64,000 nt of DNA from Octopus sinensis (Eukaryota): contig NC_043013.1 in assembly GCF_006345805.1 (NCBI RefSeq), positions 38,006,001 through 38,070,000 on the forward strand. The letters run 5' to 3'. The notes below the pieces were generated by a model that saw nothing but the letters and a program-made list of their open reading frames with translations, did not search any database and was not told the origin of the DNA. A program made the translations under genes and the position numbers. Position 1 is the first letter of the stretch; each line of letters opens with the position of its first letter. Of the stretch, positions 12,701 through 25,930 are shown in pieces.

Positions 12701-13750
12701 TTGCCGTTTTCTAATCTTTACACCACATAGGATCGTTGAGATTTTCGCGGATGCATAGTATAGGTGGTTGAGGTTTGTGATATCAACATCATTAACTGAA
12801 ATTATATCCTTAAGTGCAAGCCGGATTTTACCAATTATTTTCATGTTTTGGTTAGAGTTGCGGATTTTAGGAAGTGTATCACGCTCATCCATGCTGGTTT
12901 CTTTAATTTTCAGCCATTCAATCATGATTTGATTTTTTAGCTCATGTAGTTCTGTTGGGTCAATATTTGTGTGACTTTCTTTATCTATTTGATGCTCATC
13001 TGTCTTAGTGTTTATGATTGGTTCAGGGCGTATTTCACTTTGCCTATCACTTATACTAACTCTTTCAATCCTCTCTTCGTTTTTATCCGCCCTGGGCTGG
13101 TCTATAATCATTTCCTCTGTATTATCTTCTCTAGCTGCAGCTTCGTTCATTTTATCCGATATTGCTTGTCTAACCTGATCAATCTCTACTTCAGTCAGTA
13201 ATTTCTTTTTTATAATGTTTCTTCTAACATTGACAAGCTTGTTACTGTCTATGTAGGGTCTTACTTCAGGGTGTTTCTGTCTCCAGTTTAAGTATGCTTG
13301 TACAGTGCTAGACTTATCTGTGGGGAAATATATGGCATGGTAGAAGGCCTCGAGAACTTCTTTATTATCTTCCCTAGACCATTTTTCCTTCTTTTTCTTT
13401 TGATTATTTGGTGATGAGCATGGATGGCCATCTGTTGGAATATTCCGGTTGTGGGGTTCGTCCAGCTCCTGTGTGTTGGGAAGATTTGATCCAGTAACTG
13501 ATTTTTCAATCAGGATTTGGTTCAATTTTCGGGTACGTGGTCTTTTGTAATCCGCGCAATGACCAATGCGGTTTATTGTTTGATTTGTTGACCTTGAAGC
13601 ATGACGAGCATCCATTCTTATATTAGGAGATGGATCTGTCAGTTTAGGGTTCACTACATGTAAGCTTTGCTCATAGCGCCGCTTCTTAAGACTAGCAGAT
13701 CTATATTCGTCTGTTTTTCTTTTGTTGATAGTTTTATCTCCGGACATTTT
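9717..13750 (-). mobile_element. R4/Dong-clade non-LTR retrotransposon (family A), near full ORF, disrupted
   Basis: Myb-like KWSREDNKEVLEAF; RT KSPGKDKIPNFWL, NYRPITCL, IDYKKAFDS, FQGDSLSP, YMDDLK; CCHC knuckle; endonuclease NRPDIILKD...LIDMTVP...KLSKYKDL. The 3' end runs into (TAA)n. Contains an in-frame stop and frameshifts. Confidence 0.93.
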
Positions 13751-14029
13751 TTTTTTTCCTCCTTTCCTCCTCTTCCTTTCTTCAAGGCTTACTGTGTCTG
13801 TGTTAGTTCGAAATAATGAGAATAAAATACGGAGAAGGAAACGAAAAGAAACGGAAAAAGACGGGATCTGTTAGTTATTATTGTTATTACTATCATCTTC
13901 ACCACCATCACCATCATCAGCAACATCACCATCACCATCATCATCTTCAATGTGTAGCCACAGCCACCATCAACACTCCATTGTGTTGGAGAATGGGTGG
14001 TTAAAGAATTCATGTTCTTTGGGTCTATA

Positions 14030-14061
<32 letters not shown>

Positions 14062-14069
14062 CATTATCA

Positions 14070-14141
<72 letters not shown>

Positions 14142-14142
<1 letters not shown>

Positions 14143-14358
14143 GGTAGCGAGCTGGCTGAATCGTTAGCACGCCGAGCAAAGTGCTTAACGGCATTTCGTC
14201 TGTCTTTATGTTCCTAGTTCAAATTTCACCGTGGTCGACTTTACCTTTCCTCCTTTCGGGGTCGATAAAATAGGTACCATTTGAACACTAGGGTCGATGT
14301 AATCGACTCATCCCCTCCCCAAAAATTGCTGCTCCTGAAGCAAATTTTGAATCCATTA
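14142..14358 (+). mobile_element. SINE family B
   Basis: gcgagctggctgaatcgttagcac...cctttcggggtcgataaaataggtacc. Confidence 0.8.
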
Positions 14359-16324
14359 TCCCGAGCAGATCTATCCGCGACAACCTCCACCTTATGCGAT
14401 ACATCAGAGATAGGGCCAGGAACGAAACTGGCTTCGTTGGTACACTGATCAATTTAGATCAATCGAAAGCATTCGATAGAGTCAACTATCGCTACTTGGA
14501 AGCCGTCCTGAAAACATTCAGTTTCGAAACCATTTTCAGAGGATGGCTCGCTTCAATACGCAACGGCATCTGTTCCTTGGTCAACGTAAACGGTCACCGA
14601 TCGGAATCGTTTGGCATCGCAGGCTCGGTCCGACTGCGCTTCCCGTTTTCGCCTCGAGTCACTACTGTGGAAGTTGGAACAGTTAAGGGGCATCCCTTTC
14701 GTACTGGGACAGGTAAAGGCAGTGTCAGCATACGCAGATGACGTCACCGTCATGTGTCGGACGTTTCCAAAGTGATACGGTCGGCACCATCCTATAGGAA
14801 TATGAGTCTGTTACAGAGGCTAAAATCAACGCCGACAACTCAGTGGATTTGCGGTTGGGCTCCTAGAGAGGTAGGTCGATGCCATCGGACGGCGTCGTCG
14901 GACGCTGGATCGACGGACCAGTTAAACTGCTCGAGGTCTGGGTTAGTCCCAACCTCCAGGTTGATAAGAACTGGGACATGGTGGCGAGGGCTCAGAGGAA
15001 GCGGTCCCCGAAAAGTCGGGCAGAAGTGGCGAATGCCTACATCGTCTCCATTATGATTTATCGCCTGATCGACGAGCGTTTCTCCGGTTACTGCTTGACC
15101 GGGTTGAATTTAAATTCTTGTGGAAGGGAGAGTGGCGGATTAGGTATGCCGTGGCACCTAATGCGCAGGCAGGATCGTAGGTTACGCTACCTGCAAAGAT
15201 TTCTGGTAGGTGAGTGTATGAGAGCTCCTCCATTTGTGAGGCTTGTCCTTCCCCAGCTCGTCGCTTTAGCAGAGCTGCAGCTCTATGTGAAGAAAAGACC
15301 GAGACTGGATGCCCGGCGCCTAGGATGTTGTCAGGTGCTCACAGCTCCCAACCAATCGGCCAGAGGGATCGATAGATGTTCCGCTTCAGAAATTTATAGA
15401 GGATTAGTAGTGTGGAAGTGCGACGACGTTCTCGGGGAGAATCTGAGCGCCGACGAAAATGAACTGGCTAGTCTATTCCGGAGTACTTTCCGGTCAGGAA
15501 ATATCATGGGTAATTTCCAGATGTCCTTGGCCTGGCAGTGCTACCGGAGGCACAACTGTTTCGAGATAAACTTTACAGGCACGGATGTGGTGTCAGACGG
15601 GCTTTACAGACGGATGTGGTGTCAGGTACGAGCAGAGTGATAAAACCATTCTGCACGCACTCGCTCAGTGTCCGGGCATTGTTGATTTGCGGGGTTTTGT
15701 AGAATAGCTGTTGTCACGTATGGGACAGATCTGTCTATCAGTCGATTCTGTAGTGATGATTACACCGTCGTCCCTCTTCAATCGCGCTGGCAAGGCAGTT
15801 TTCCATTGTCTGGTGGCTGTGGTGAAAGAGGTTGTTTGGTGGACAAGGCTGAAAGGCATGAAGACAGACGCATTCTTCTCTGGTAGAGCTCTCGTTGATT
15901 TTTTCAAGTTTCACTTGAAAAGAAAATTGAGAGTGGAGAGAAGTGCTGTCCTCACTTGAGTTTATTGAAAGGTGAGTGAAAGTTACGAAAATGGCAAGAA
16001 TGGATGGTACCTCACTAAGTGTAGACCTGTGAGTCGGAATGAAGTAACTGGAGAAAGCGCTGGCTCTTACTGTTCAGGGAAATCTCGGACAGTGGGGTTC
16101 TTCGATTATCCCTAGAAGTCATCCTGTATCAGGAGGGCAACATCTCTATAATCCTCTCCCCTTTTTTTAACCTCTGTATACTATGTATATGTCCTTTCCT
16201 TTCCATTGTACACTGTGTATAGTTACATTGTTTTTTTCTATCATTTCATGTAAACCCCCACATTTTATATTTGCCTTTGTATTGACCACCTCATCCTTCA
16301 CCCTGGTAGCAAATAAATGAAAAC
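14359..16324 (+). mobile_element. Degenerate 5'-truncated Tx1-clade LINE
   Basis: MRYIRDR...LINLDQSKAFDRV, AYADDV, GLGMPWHLMRR, NFQMSLAWQCYR and WWTRLKG are all homologous to 3124-5682. The 3' end aaataaatgaaaa precedes a TCC/TCA repeat. Confidence 0.88.
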
Positions 16325-16390
16325 CTCCTCCTCGTCATCTTCCTCCTCCTCCTCCTCATCATCATCATCATCATCATTATTATTATCATT

Positions 16391-16845
16391 GAGTGAGAGA
16401 GCAGTGCATGCCATCAAAGTGACACTGAGGTAAAATATACGAAGCCCAGTATACCCATCATGACTACCCGTCTGATAAGGGTACTCTAGACACATGCATC
16501 ACAACCATGCGCGACATGGTGATCTCATATCAAGATAAGCAGTTCGAGTAGCCAATCCTGCTCAAAAGGTCCTTAAGTAAGGATTGTTTAAGGATATTGA
16601 ACGAACCACCCATGTTTCCAAAGGTGAATTATCCAAACCTCTAAGAATTCCTTTCAGCACACGGTTATGATGCTCCCCCCACTACTTCTGCTCAAGATCA
16701 GAGATGCACATATCATCAGCCACTAAGGGACATGGTCAACTGGTTATGGTCAAACAACTGACAAGCAAATCTGTGGTAGGGAGCAGAATATTTGCTGTAG
16801 CCCATCTTTTATACCAAGACAAAGCAATGTACATGACACGATAAA
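16391..16845 (-). mobile_element. Element X (555-bp non-coding family), truncated and internally deleted copy
   Basis: Starts att|gagtgagagagcagtgcatgcc, as do the copies at 36192, 59244 and 59829. Strand is inferred from the TAA tail orientation. Confidence 0.85.
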
Positions 16846-16876
16846 TAATATTACTATAATAATATAATAAATAATA

Positions 16877-16929
<53 letters not shown>

Positions 16930-16961
16930 TAATTATAATAATAATAATAATAACAATAATA

Positions 16962-17000
<39 letters not shown>

Positions 17001-17165
17001 GGAGAACACCGGGGGACTTTTAAGGGAGAACACCGGGGGACTTTTAAGGAGAACACCGGGGGACTTTTAAGGGAGAACACCGGGGGACTTTTAAGGAGAA
17101 CACCGGGGGACTTTTAAGGGAGAACACCGGGGGACTTTTAAGGAGAACACCGGGGGACTTTTAAG
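17001..17165 (+). repeat. Seven tandem 24/23-bp repeats GGAGAACACCGGGGGACTTTTAA(G)
   Basis: Unit lengths counted as 24,23,24,23,24,23,24, starting directly after a (TAA)n run. Confidence 0.97.
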
Positions 17166-20100
17166 ATGTAAGAAGGAAAATTCAGAGCTCCGAAACCTAT
17201 CCACAAACATCGAAAACAAGGACATCCTATGGAGCCAAAGTTTACTAACAAAGAATTGGACTTATCCGAGTAAGTAATACAAATTGAAATTTATTACTAT
17301 TTTCGAAACGAAATGATGTATTTTGACTCGATATCATCTCCACCTCTAACGCAACACATGTAAACATGCGTGAAACATCACGATCATCTCCGACCCCAAC
17401 ACCATGTACAAAGGAACTACGAGAAATTAAATGCCACCGATACTATTCAACCCAAGAATAACAATCGAGCGGTACGTACATTAAACTACAACAAAAAATG
17501 TACGAAAAACTACACGTGCGAAATAATGTGACAACAGAAATAAACGGACCGGTACCCTACGAAAATGACGACCGTCAAAATAATGGGCCGGACGTTGTAC
17601 CTCATGTCCCGCAAATAAAACCCAAAAGACGTAAATGGACACGTGAGGAATACATTTCTATCTTACACGCATACTTCACAGCAGTACTCTACCCAAAAAA
17701 TGAAAATACAAACAACACATACATATAAAATATGGAAGGAAAATAATAGAGATTTAGACTTGGATACAGCAATGAACCCTAATAAATTAGCAGTACGAAG
17801 AAGATACATTCTCAACACAAAAAAAATATCAGAAATAGAAATAGAACACCTAAAAGAAAACATACACCAGGAAAATGTAGATAGAAGCCACACAACAATG
17901 CCCAATAATATAAACACTGAAACTGTAAACACGAAGACAAACGCACATTCCCAACAAACACGATGTAAACAACGAAGGGAGCCTAATGATTATGATAATA
18001 AAAAAATAAAATAATCAAGAACTAAAACCACAGAGCTCAAAATGGACCACCGACCATACCTCCCAAGAATAAAATAAACGCAATAACAACACCAATTATA
18101 AACAACATATAAACCTAGCCGTCACTGAACTAGCCACTGAAACAAAAAAAAGTGATATCACTGAACTAAATGACTTGATATACGCAGCAGCCACTGCAGC
18201 CACAAAAAGAAGCTGGATACTCACCCAAACCCGCCCAAACAGGAGTACCACCACCCAAACAAACCCTGTGGATAAATAACATCCAAAACAAAAAAAAAAA
18301 AATTAGAAAAGACCTGTCGATTCTTAATGAAATCAGCAAACAAGCAACGCTACTGAGCAACAAAAAGAGAACAAAAATGCTCCGCAAATATAACATCACA
18401 GAAAAAGATTTGCCGGAGATAAAAGAAAAGCTGAAGCAAGATATCCTTGCCAAAGCTCAAAGGATCCGCCGGTACGAGAAACGCCAACGCTTCTTTGAAC
18501 AGAACAAAAAGTTCAACTCCGACCCCAAAAAGTTCTACCAAGAACTGGGCAAAAATAAAATAGAAGTCACTGCAGCACCAACGGCAGAAGAATTGGAAGA
18601 ATTCTGGAGAGAAATATGGTCGGCGAACGAACCACCAAAAAAAAGGAGTATCAAAATAAAAACTCGGCATCTGAACAAACTTGGACCCCCATAACAACTG
18701 AAGAGGTCACCCAGGCACTGCAAAGACTAAGCAACTGGAAGGCACCTGGGCATGACAAGATCCCCAACTTCTGGTTGAAATATCTAACAGGAATGCACAA
18801 AAAGCTGGCTGAAAACTTTAACAACGTACTAGCAGAGCCAGAGACAATGCCTGAATGGCTCACGAAGGGGAAAACCATCTTAATTCCCAAATCAAATGAA
18901 ACAGAAAAACCAGAAAACTACAGACCAATAACCTGCCTCCCTACTATGTTCAAGGCATTTACTGCAGTGATATCACAAAGGCTGAACAAGCACCTGGACG
19001 AAAACAAACTGTTCCCAGAAGAGCAGAAAGGATGCCGCAAAGGCTCATATGGCTGTAAAGATCAACTAATGATTAATAAAGCCATAACTGAAGACAGCCA
19101 CAGAAAGAAGAAAGGCCTCAGTATGGCCTGGATTGACTACAAAAAGGCGTTTGATAGCATCCCCCACACATGGATCCTCGAAACACTAGCCCTTAACAAA
19201 GTAGCACCAACAATCATAAAATTCATAGAACACTCTATGAATAAATGGCAAACAGTCCTACACCTCCCAAACAAAAGAGGGACTCATGAAAACCAAAGAC
19301 ATCCCCATTAGAAGAGGAATATTCCAGGGAGATACGCTCTCTCCACTCCTTTTCTGCTTGGCACTGTCACCTCTATCTGATATGCTAAATAGAACTGGAT
19401 GTGGTTATAAATGTTACGGCAAAACGATCAGCCGCCTTTTATATATGGATGACCTAAAACTATACGCTGCAAATGACAAACAGCTGGAAACACTATTAAA
19501 GACAGTTCATGGATTTACCAAAGAAATAGATATGAAATTTGGATTAGAAAATGCGCCAAAGTAACCATGAAAAGAGGAAAACTAGTTAAGAGTAACAACA
19601 TCACACTAGATGAAGCAAATGAAATAAAAGAATTAGACCAAAGCCAAACTTACAAATACTTAGGAATCCATGAACTAGATAAGACACAACACACACAAAT
19701 GAAAGGAAAATAAAAAAAGAATATTATAGACGAGTTAGATCAATACTAAACAACAGACCTCAATGCTAAAAAACAAGATATAGGTATCAACACTTTAGCT
19801 GTCCCAGTTATAAGTTACAGCTACAAAAATCCTTAACTGGACACGAAACGAAATGAAACTGACCAAAATAGACAGGAAAACAAAAATAAATGACAGGATC
19901 TAGGATGCATCACCCAAATCTGACATAGAAAGACTATATATACAACGTATAGAAGGTGGTAGAGGCGTATACAGCTGGAAAACTACTATAAAATAACCAC
20001 CATAGGACTGCAAAAATATCTACTTCAGAAGGAAGGAAAACTGATCCAGATAGCGGCAAAACACGAGCAAAACAAAAAACTGTTCTCAGTATTTAAGGAA

Positions 20101-21132
20101 GCTGACAAATACAAACAAGAAATCATACCACCTAATAAACATGAAGAAGAAGAAGAAGAAGAAGAAGATAAACAACAAAAGAAGAAAAAAAAAAGAAGAA
20201 ACCAAAAGCTATAACAAAAAAAGAAATCCAAACTAAAAATAGAACAGCAACGAACATGATAAAACGATGGCAAGAAAAGCCCCTTCATGGTAAATACTGG
20301 ACTAAACTAAACGCAAAAGAAATAGACAAAGAAAAATCCCAGCAATGGTTGAGAAGCTCAGGACTCAAAGCAGAAACAGAGGGATTTTTAATTGCAGCAC
20401 AAGACCAAGCCTCCCCACCAGAAATTACCAAAAACATGTAATGAAAAGAAATATTACAAGTAACTGCAGAATATGTGGAGATGGACAAGAAACAATAAAT
20501 CATATTATCTCTAGCTGCCCAGTCCTGGCTAAGAAGGAATATATTCACAGACATGACAGAGTTGGAACTTACATACATTGGAAGCTATGCCAACATTATG
20601 GAATAACAACAGAAAAAAGATGGTATAGGCACACACCAGAAAAGGTCACAGAAAACGAGAAAGCAACCATACTCTGGGATATGCCGATACACAGATAGAG
20701 AAATTAGGCCAACAGACCAGATATAGTTGTCAGAGACCATGAAGAAAAAAAATGCTTTCTAATTGATGTATCAGTACCGGCAGATGACGACGTGTCTCTA
20801 AAGAAATGGAGAAACTCTCAAAATACAAAGACCTGGAAATAGAGGTAACTAGAATGTGGAATCTGAAAACAGAAACAATTCCTATCATAGTAGGTGCATT
20901 AGGCATGATAAAAAAATATTCAGACAAATACATAACAAAAACACCAGGACTTACAAACACATATAACATACAGAAAATTGCACTACTAGGCACTGCACAC
21001 ATCCTACGCAGAACACTTTCCATACAATAACCATCAGAGCATCACAACAAATCACAGCACATACCCAAGGCACACAGAGCTGCGCTCGGTAAGTGAAGTG
21101 AAAGCACGCTATAAAAATAAAACTACTGAATA
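17001..21132 (+). mobile_element. Apparently full-length R4/Dong-clade retrotransposon (family B), frameshifted, flanked by (TAA)n at both ends
   Basis: Myb-like KRRKWTREEYISILHAYF; RT KAPGHDKIPNFWL, IDYKKAFDS, FQGDTLSP, YMDDLK; CRICGDGQETINHIISSC; KLSKYKDLEIE...LLGTAHILRR. Confidence 0.93.
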
Positions 21133-21144
21133 ACAATAATAATA

Positions 21145-21181
<37 letters not shown>

Positions 21182-21185
21182 TATA

Positions 21186-21228
<43 letters not shown>

Positions 21229-21384
21229 TATTATTATTATATTATTATTATATTATTATTTATTCCTTCTTTTGCTCAGTGATGATCGGTTGAACCCTGA
21301 ATGGTTTAACTGACATCCTGTAACTTCAGATAAGCAGTACTTCCCGCAGGATATTGTTTTCTTCCCAAAGGTGTTGTCTTATGC

Positions 21385-21560
21385 AATGTCGTTGCGCTGG
21401 GACAGATTCCATGTGTGTCGACTGTTCCTGAATGCTTTTCGTGACTGACCCAAGTGCTCCAATTCCCATTCATACATGTGAATGAGTGCTCCAGCAAATT
21501 TAACAATAGACAGAGGGTCACAAACTATATGTAATTTTTGTGTTGTGTTATTTTTCAGTG
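21385..21560 (-). other. Possible decayed or mis-assembled Sushi/CCP-like exon
   Basis: IVCDPLSIVKFAG and HSFTCMNGNWS lie in adjacent frames and resemble the second half of a CCP module. It needs a frameshift and no first Cys is found. Confidence 0.2.
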
Positions 21561-22193
21561 TAGTGTTCTGAAGCTGTGTTGCTCTTTGGAGAGGAAGATG
21601 TGTTTCTGTTAGTGGCGTAAAGTTTAACAAGTCTAAAATTTTTGAGGGTGGAAACATGGTGGATCTGGGAAACATGCATTATACGTCACTTAGGCTTTCT
21701 TTGCGCAGAGAATTTCTACAATTTTTGTTCAGCCACGAAACACTGAGAAATTGACATTGTTGATACGAATAGTTGTGAATATTGGTAATAATTCCTTCAT
21801 GCTCCTAGGTGTATAATGCGTATATTTATGACTATGTCTAGCACTATAGTGTTGGAGTTTTTCATGACATTACTGTTGATGTTATGTTATCGAACGAAAG
21901 GAAAGTGCCAGATTCTTAATCTAGGCAGGAAATGCTGATTTTCCATTTTCTGCTTCTGTGTTCTTTGTATGGTAGTTTATTTTCGAGAAATATTTTATAA
22001 AAGATAAAAAAGATGCATCAATCTAAGATGGTTTATTGATTGTGTTACTAGTAGATCGGTCAACATATTTTGGTGCATTATGTTCTTTCCATACTGGCAG
22101 AAATTTCTACGACAACACTGGGGCTCTGTTGCTTCAACCCCAAATCAATTGTCTATTTTTCTTTTTTACTGGGGAGGAGACGGAGAGACTTAC

Positions 22194-22247
22194 GAACATG
22201 GCTAATTGCCACCCTTCGTCACAAAATGTTGCCCAAGTCTGTGCATA
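22194..22247 (-). other. Possible 54-nt exon (YAQTWATFCDEGWQLAMF)
   Basis: Bounded by cag| and |gtaagt on the minus strand. Loosely resembles the SRCR W-x-T-x-CD-x-x-W motif. The polypyrimidine tract is weak. Confidence 0.2.
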
Positions 22248-22442
22248 CTGGTGTAGATGTAGTTTGAAAACTGACTGACGGAAGCTCTTACAGTTTGTGT
22301 ATCGCTTAATGTGACTATGCTTGAGTATACATTCATACATATATACACATACATACACACACACACATATTTGTGTGTGCATATGTGTGTGTGTATTACA
22401 TATTACAGATATATATATATATATGTATTACATATTACAGAC

Positions 22443-22475
<33 letters not shown>

Positions 22476-24182
22476 ATACATATATACATATATGCACACA
22501 GAGAGACACACAAACACGTTACATACTCTGGTATTTATTTTCTAGGATTACCAATAATTAAAAAGCTAAGTCTCAAAAGAAACTGCTGCTATTACAACAC
22601 AGCAGTCTGTCTTTTTGATATTGTACGTAACAGATACATTCATTTCTTTTCTAAAAGGAAAATGGTTTGTCATTCGTAAGGTTATTGTAAGCAACTAAAA
22701 GTTTTAAATTCTTAACAAATGCAGCGAGATTATCAGACTATCGGAATATAGTTAGAATCTGACTTAACCATCCACTTGGATGTTAATGTAGAAAACGCAA
22801 GAGAAAATTTGTATTGATTAAAAATGACATTGACAATATCAGAAGCGACATAAAGGATTATTGTTGAATGAAGAATCTAACACTGTTATCATTAAGGTGA
22901 AGGGCAACAGCTGCTGCATGTTAATGGTAAATTGTTCCTCAGAAATTATTAGTTATTTTTACCAGTAGTAAACACTTCTATTGACGCCACTGAAATACAG
23001 GTATCTGTTTCAATTAAATATTGCTCTGTGAAGATGAAGCTGTGAGGCAAGTGAAAAGAGCTTTCATTAGCGTCTACAGTTATGAATAAATTTCAATATA
23101 AATCAAGTTAATTAATTAGCTGGTGCTTCTATATCAATAATGATTTTGTTTTTCTGATTGTAGGTGAATGCACTAGCAGCTTCAATGTGAATGCACATCT
23201 TTAGTTTAATTTTGATGTGCTTATTCGGTCTGAAATTGGAATGTGCTTACATTATATTTTACTCCCCACCCATTTAACTATATATATATCAGCTATAACA
23301 TGAGATTTCCTCGGTATAGTTTGCATGTTATACGGCTTTTCTGCTTAAATGTAAATTCACTATACTTGTAAAGCTAATACTCTTGACGAATGCATCATAT
23401 ATACAGAACCTAACACCTGTGTTTGTGTATTTGTAGTTTAGAGTTTAAGCGAGAAATGTATACGATTTCATAGCATACGAATGGTGTCGTTACACAACGA
23501 GGAAAGCATTGAACTATTTATCTCAATATCTCAGTATTTTCGCCAGTAAGTAATTCCGTGTTCAAAAGTTTTCATGGGGCGTAAATTACCCTTTTATTCC
23601 TCCAGGTGTCCATAAAATGAATACCTTTAATATAGTAGGATCGATTTGATCGAGTAATACCTTTGCTAGACAAAAAGGAAAGAATATGATTCATTTTTCT
23701 TTTTGTAGACAAAGTCCAACACCAATAGATTGTCTGCCCTTAGGACCAAACTCGTCGTTATAAAGACAGATGATGTCATATCACTTGAGACACACACAAA
23801 AAAAAATTCAATAACTTATCTACTCAACCTAAGAGAGAAGAAATGAGAAGATTTGATCTTCATGCTTTTCTCAATGGAATTAGCAGCCTAAGTGGAGAGC
23901 ATTCAGCGTAGAAAGGAGATATTTTGTAATGTTTAATCTAGAGCGCACAGAACGCATTGAGCCGTGTAAATTGAACGAATTAATATTTTCAACCTATGTT
24001 CCTTCCAGGTGGATGTCTATAGGAATTTAAAAACAAAAGATATGAGGCAGCCAAGTGAAGGAAATGTTTGGGGGTGGAATATAAAACTAAATGTATCATG
24101 AATTTAATAAGCACCGGCGGATAACTGTACGAAAAAGCAAAACAAAAGCTATAAATAATAATAATAATAATAATACTAATAC

Positions 24183-24241
<59 letters not shown>

Positions 24242-24505
24242 GTGATATCAGCTCGCCTATCGTGAAAATCTTTTCACCAATGAAATTGATTCGTTTCGTT
24301 TGTTTGTGATGTTAATTAAGTCTGTTAGTGGAACAAGTTCCTTTCAAACTTTTAGCTCTCACTTCGTTGAAACTAAATTCGCTTCACTGGGTTTTTTCTT
24401 CTTCTAAACACATATACATTTACGCAGTGTACATCATCCTCTCTATTCTACATCTCACGCATTATTTTTCATTACACATATATGTGTTTGGGTGCGTGTT
24501 TTTGC

Positions 24506-24600
<95 letters not shown>

Positions 24601-24621
24601 ATCTATCTATCTATCTATCTA

Positions 24622-24683
<62 letters not shown>

Positions 24684-25689
24684 TGAGAGAGAGAGAGAGA
24701 GAGAGAGGTCTACATCGAAACACGCATGTGTCCACATGAATGGAAAGTTTAGAAAAAATCAAAAGTCCTTTTGTATTATTTGGCCTGGCTATACAGCACC
24801 AATATACGCATAGATACATGCATACGTAAATACACACACACATACACACATATATGTATGTATGTGTGTATGTATACATATATACAAGTATTATATATAA
24901 ATACGTAAATATGTGTGTGTGCGGGCAGGCGCGTGTGCGTGTACATATATACCTTCATACAAACATACTTACGTTCCTTCTTGATAAGAAATTACTGGCG
25001 TGCATGTACGCGTGTATATGTGTATGAAACTGTGTATTTGCCAATATGTAGCTGGGTATGAATAAAAGCCACATGATACCTAAATACTAGAAGGGCCATG
25101 CAAAACAGAAAATATATCGCATATAATGAATGCGAAATACGAATTCATGTTTCATTAACGGATTTGAACATCGTATTGGTTGGGGCCGACTGCTTTTTAC
25201 AAAGCCTGCACCTGTACCTATGTATGTGAGGTGGATAGAGAACGGTGGGGGATTTTGCATTCGCATATAACATGTAATTCAATTAGGTTCATACGACAAC
25301 TCCGCATGAGTACACATGTTATATTAAAGTACTGAAGTCACCTTATTTTTAAGGTAAGTACGAAAAGAAAAGCAAAATTGTTTACTTCTCTGATAATGAT
25401 TGAATGATTATGAGAAATAGCGAGTTCTGTAAACTATAGCCTTCTTAAGACACACAGGAGTTTTGTTTTTCATTTTCAATCCCAACTCAGTGTTACTGAA
25501 ACAGACCTCAACCTTCCTTATTTTTTATTAAACCTGCTTTTTGGGAATTGATTTACTTAATATCTTATTTCCATTTGAATACAGCAGAGTAATATAATAT
25601 TTGAAGGTTATGTGACGTTAATCTTTTTTTTTTTTAAGCACAACGAATGTTTATTTTGTTTTTGTTATTTAAACTTAGCAGATGAAATA

Positions 25690-25930
25690 GATATATATTT
25701 CTTTACTGCCCAGAAGGGGCTGAACATAGAGGGGGCAAACAAGGACAGACAAAGGGATTAAGTCGATTACATCGATCCCAGTGCGAAACTGGTACTTTAT
25801 TTATCGACCCCGAAAGGATGAAAGGCAAAGTCGACCTCGGCAGAATTTGAACTCAGAAAGTAACGACAGACGAAATACCGCTAAGCATTTCGCCCGGCGC
25901 GCTAACGTTTCTGCCAACTCGCCGCCTTCG
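25690..25930 (-). mobile_element. SINE family B
   Basis: atttatcgaccccgaaaggatgaaaggcaaagtcgacctcggcagaatttgaactcag...ctgccaactcgccgcc. Confidence 0.85.

Noticed and set aside
17001-17165. CRISPR-like array
   Set aside because: The repeats are contiguous with no spacers, in a eukaryotic retrotransposon context.
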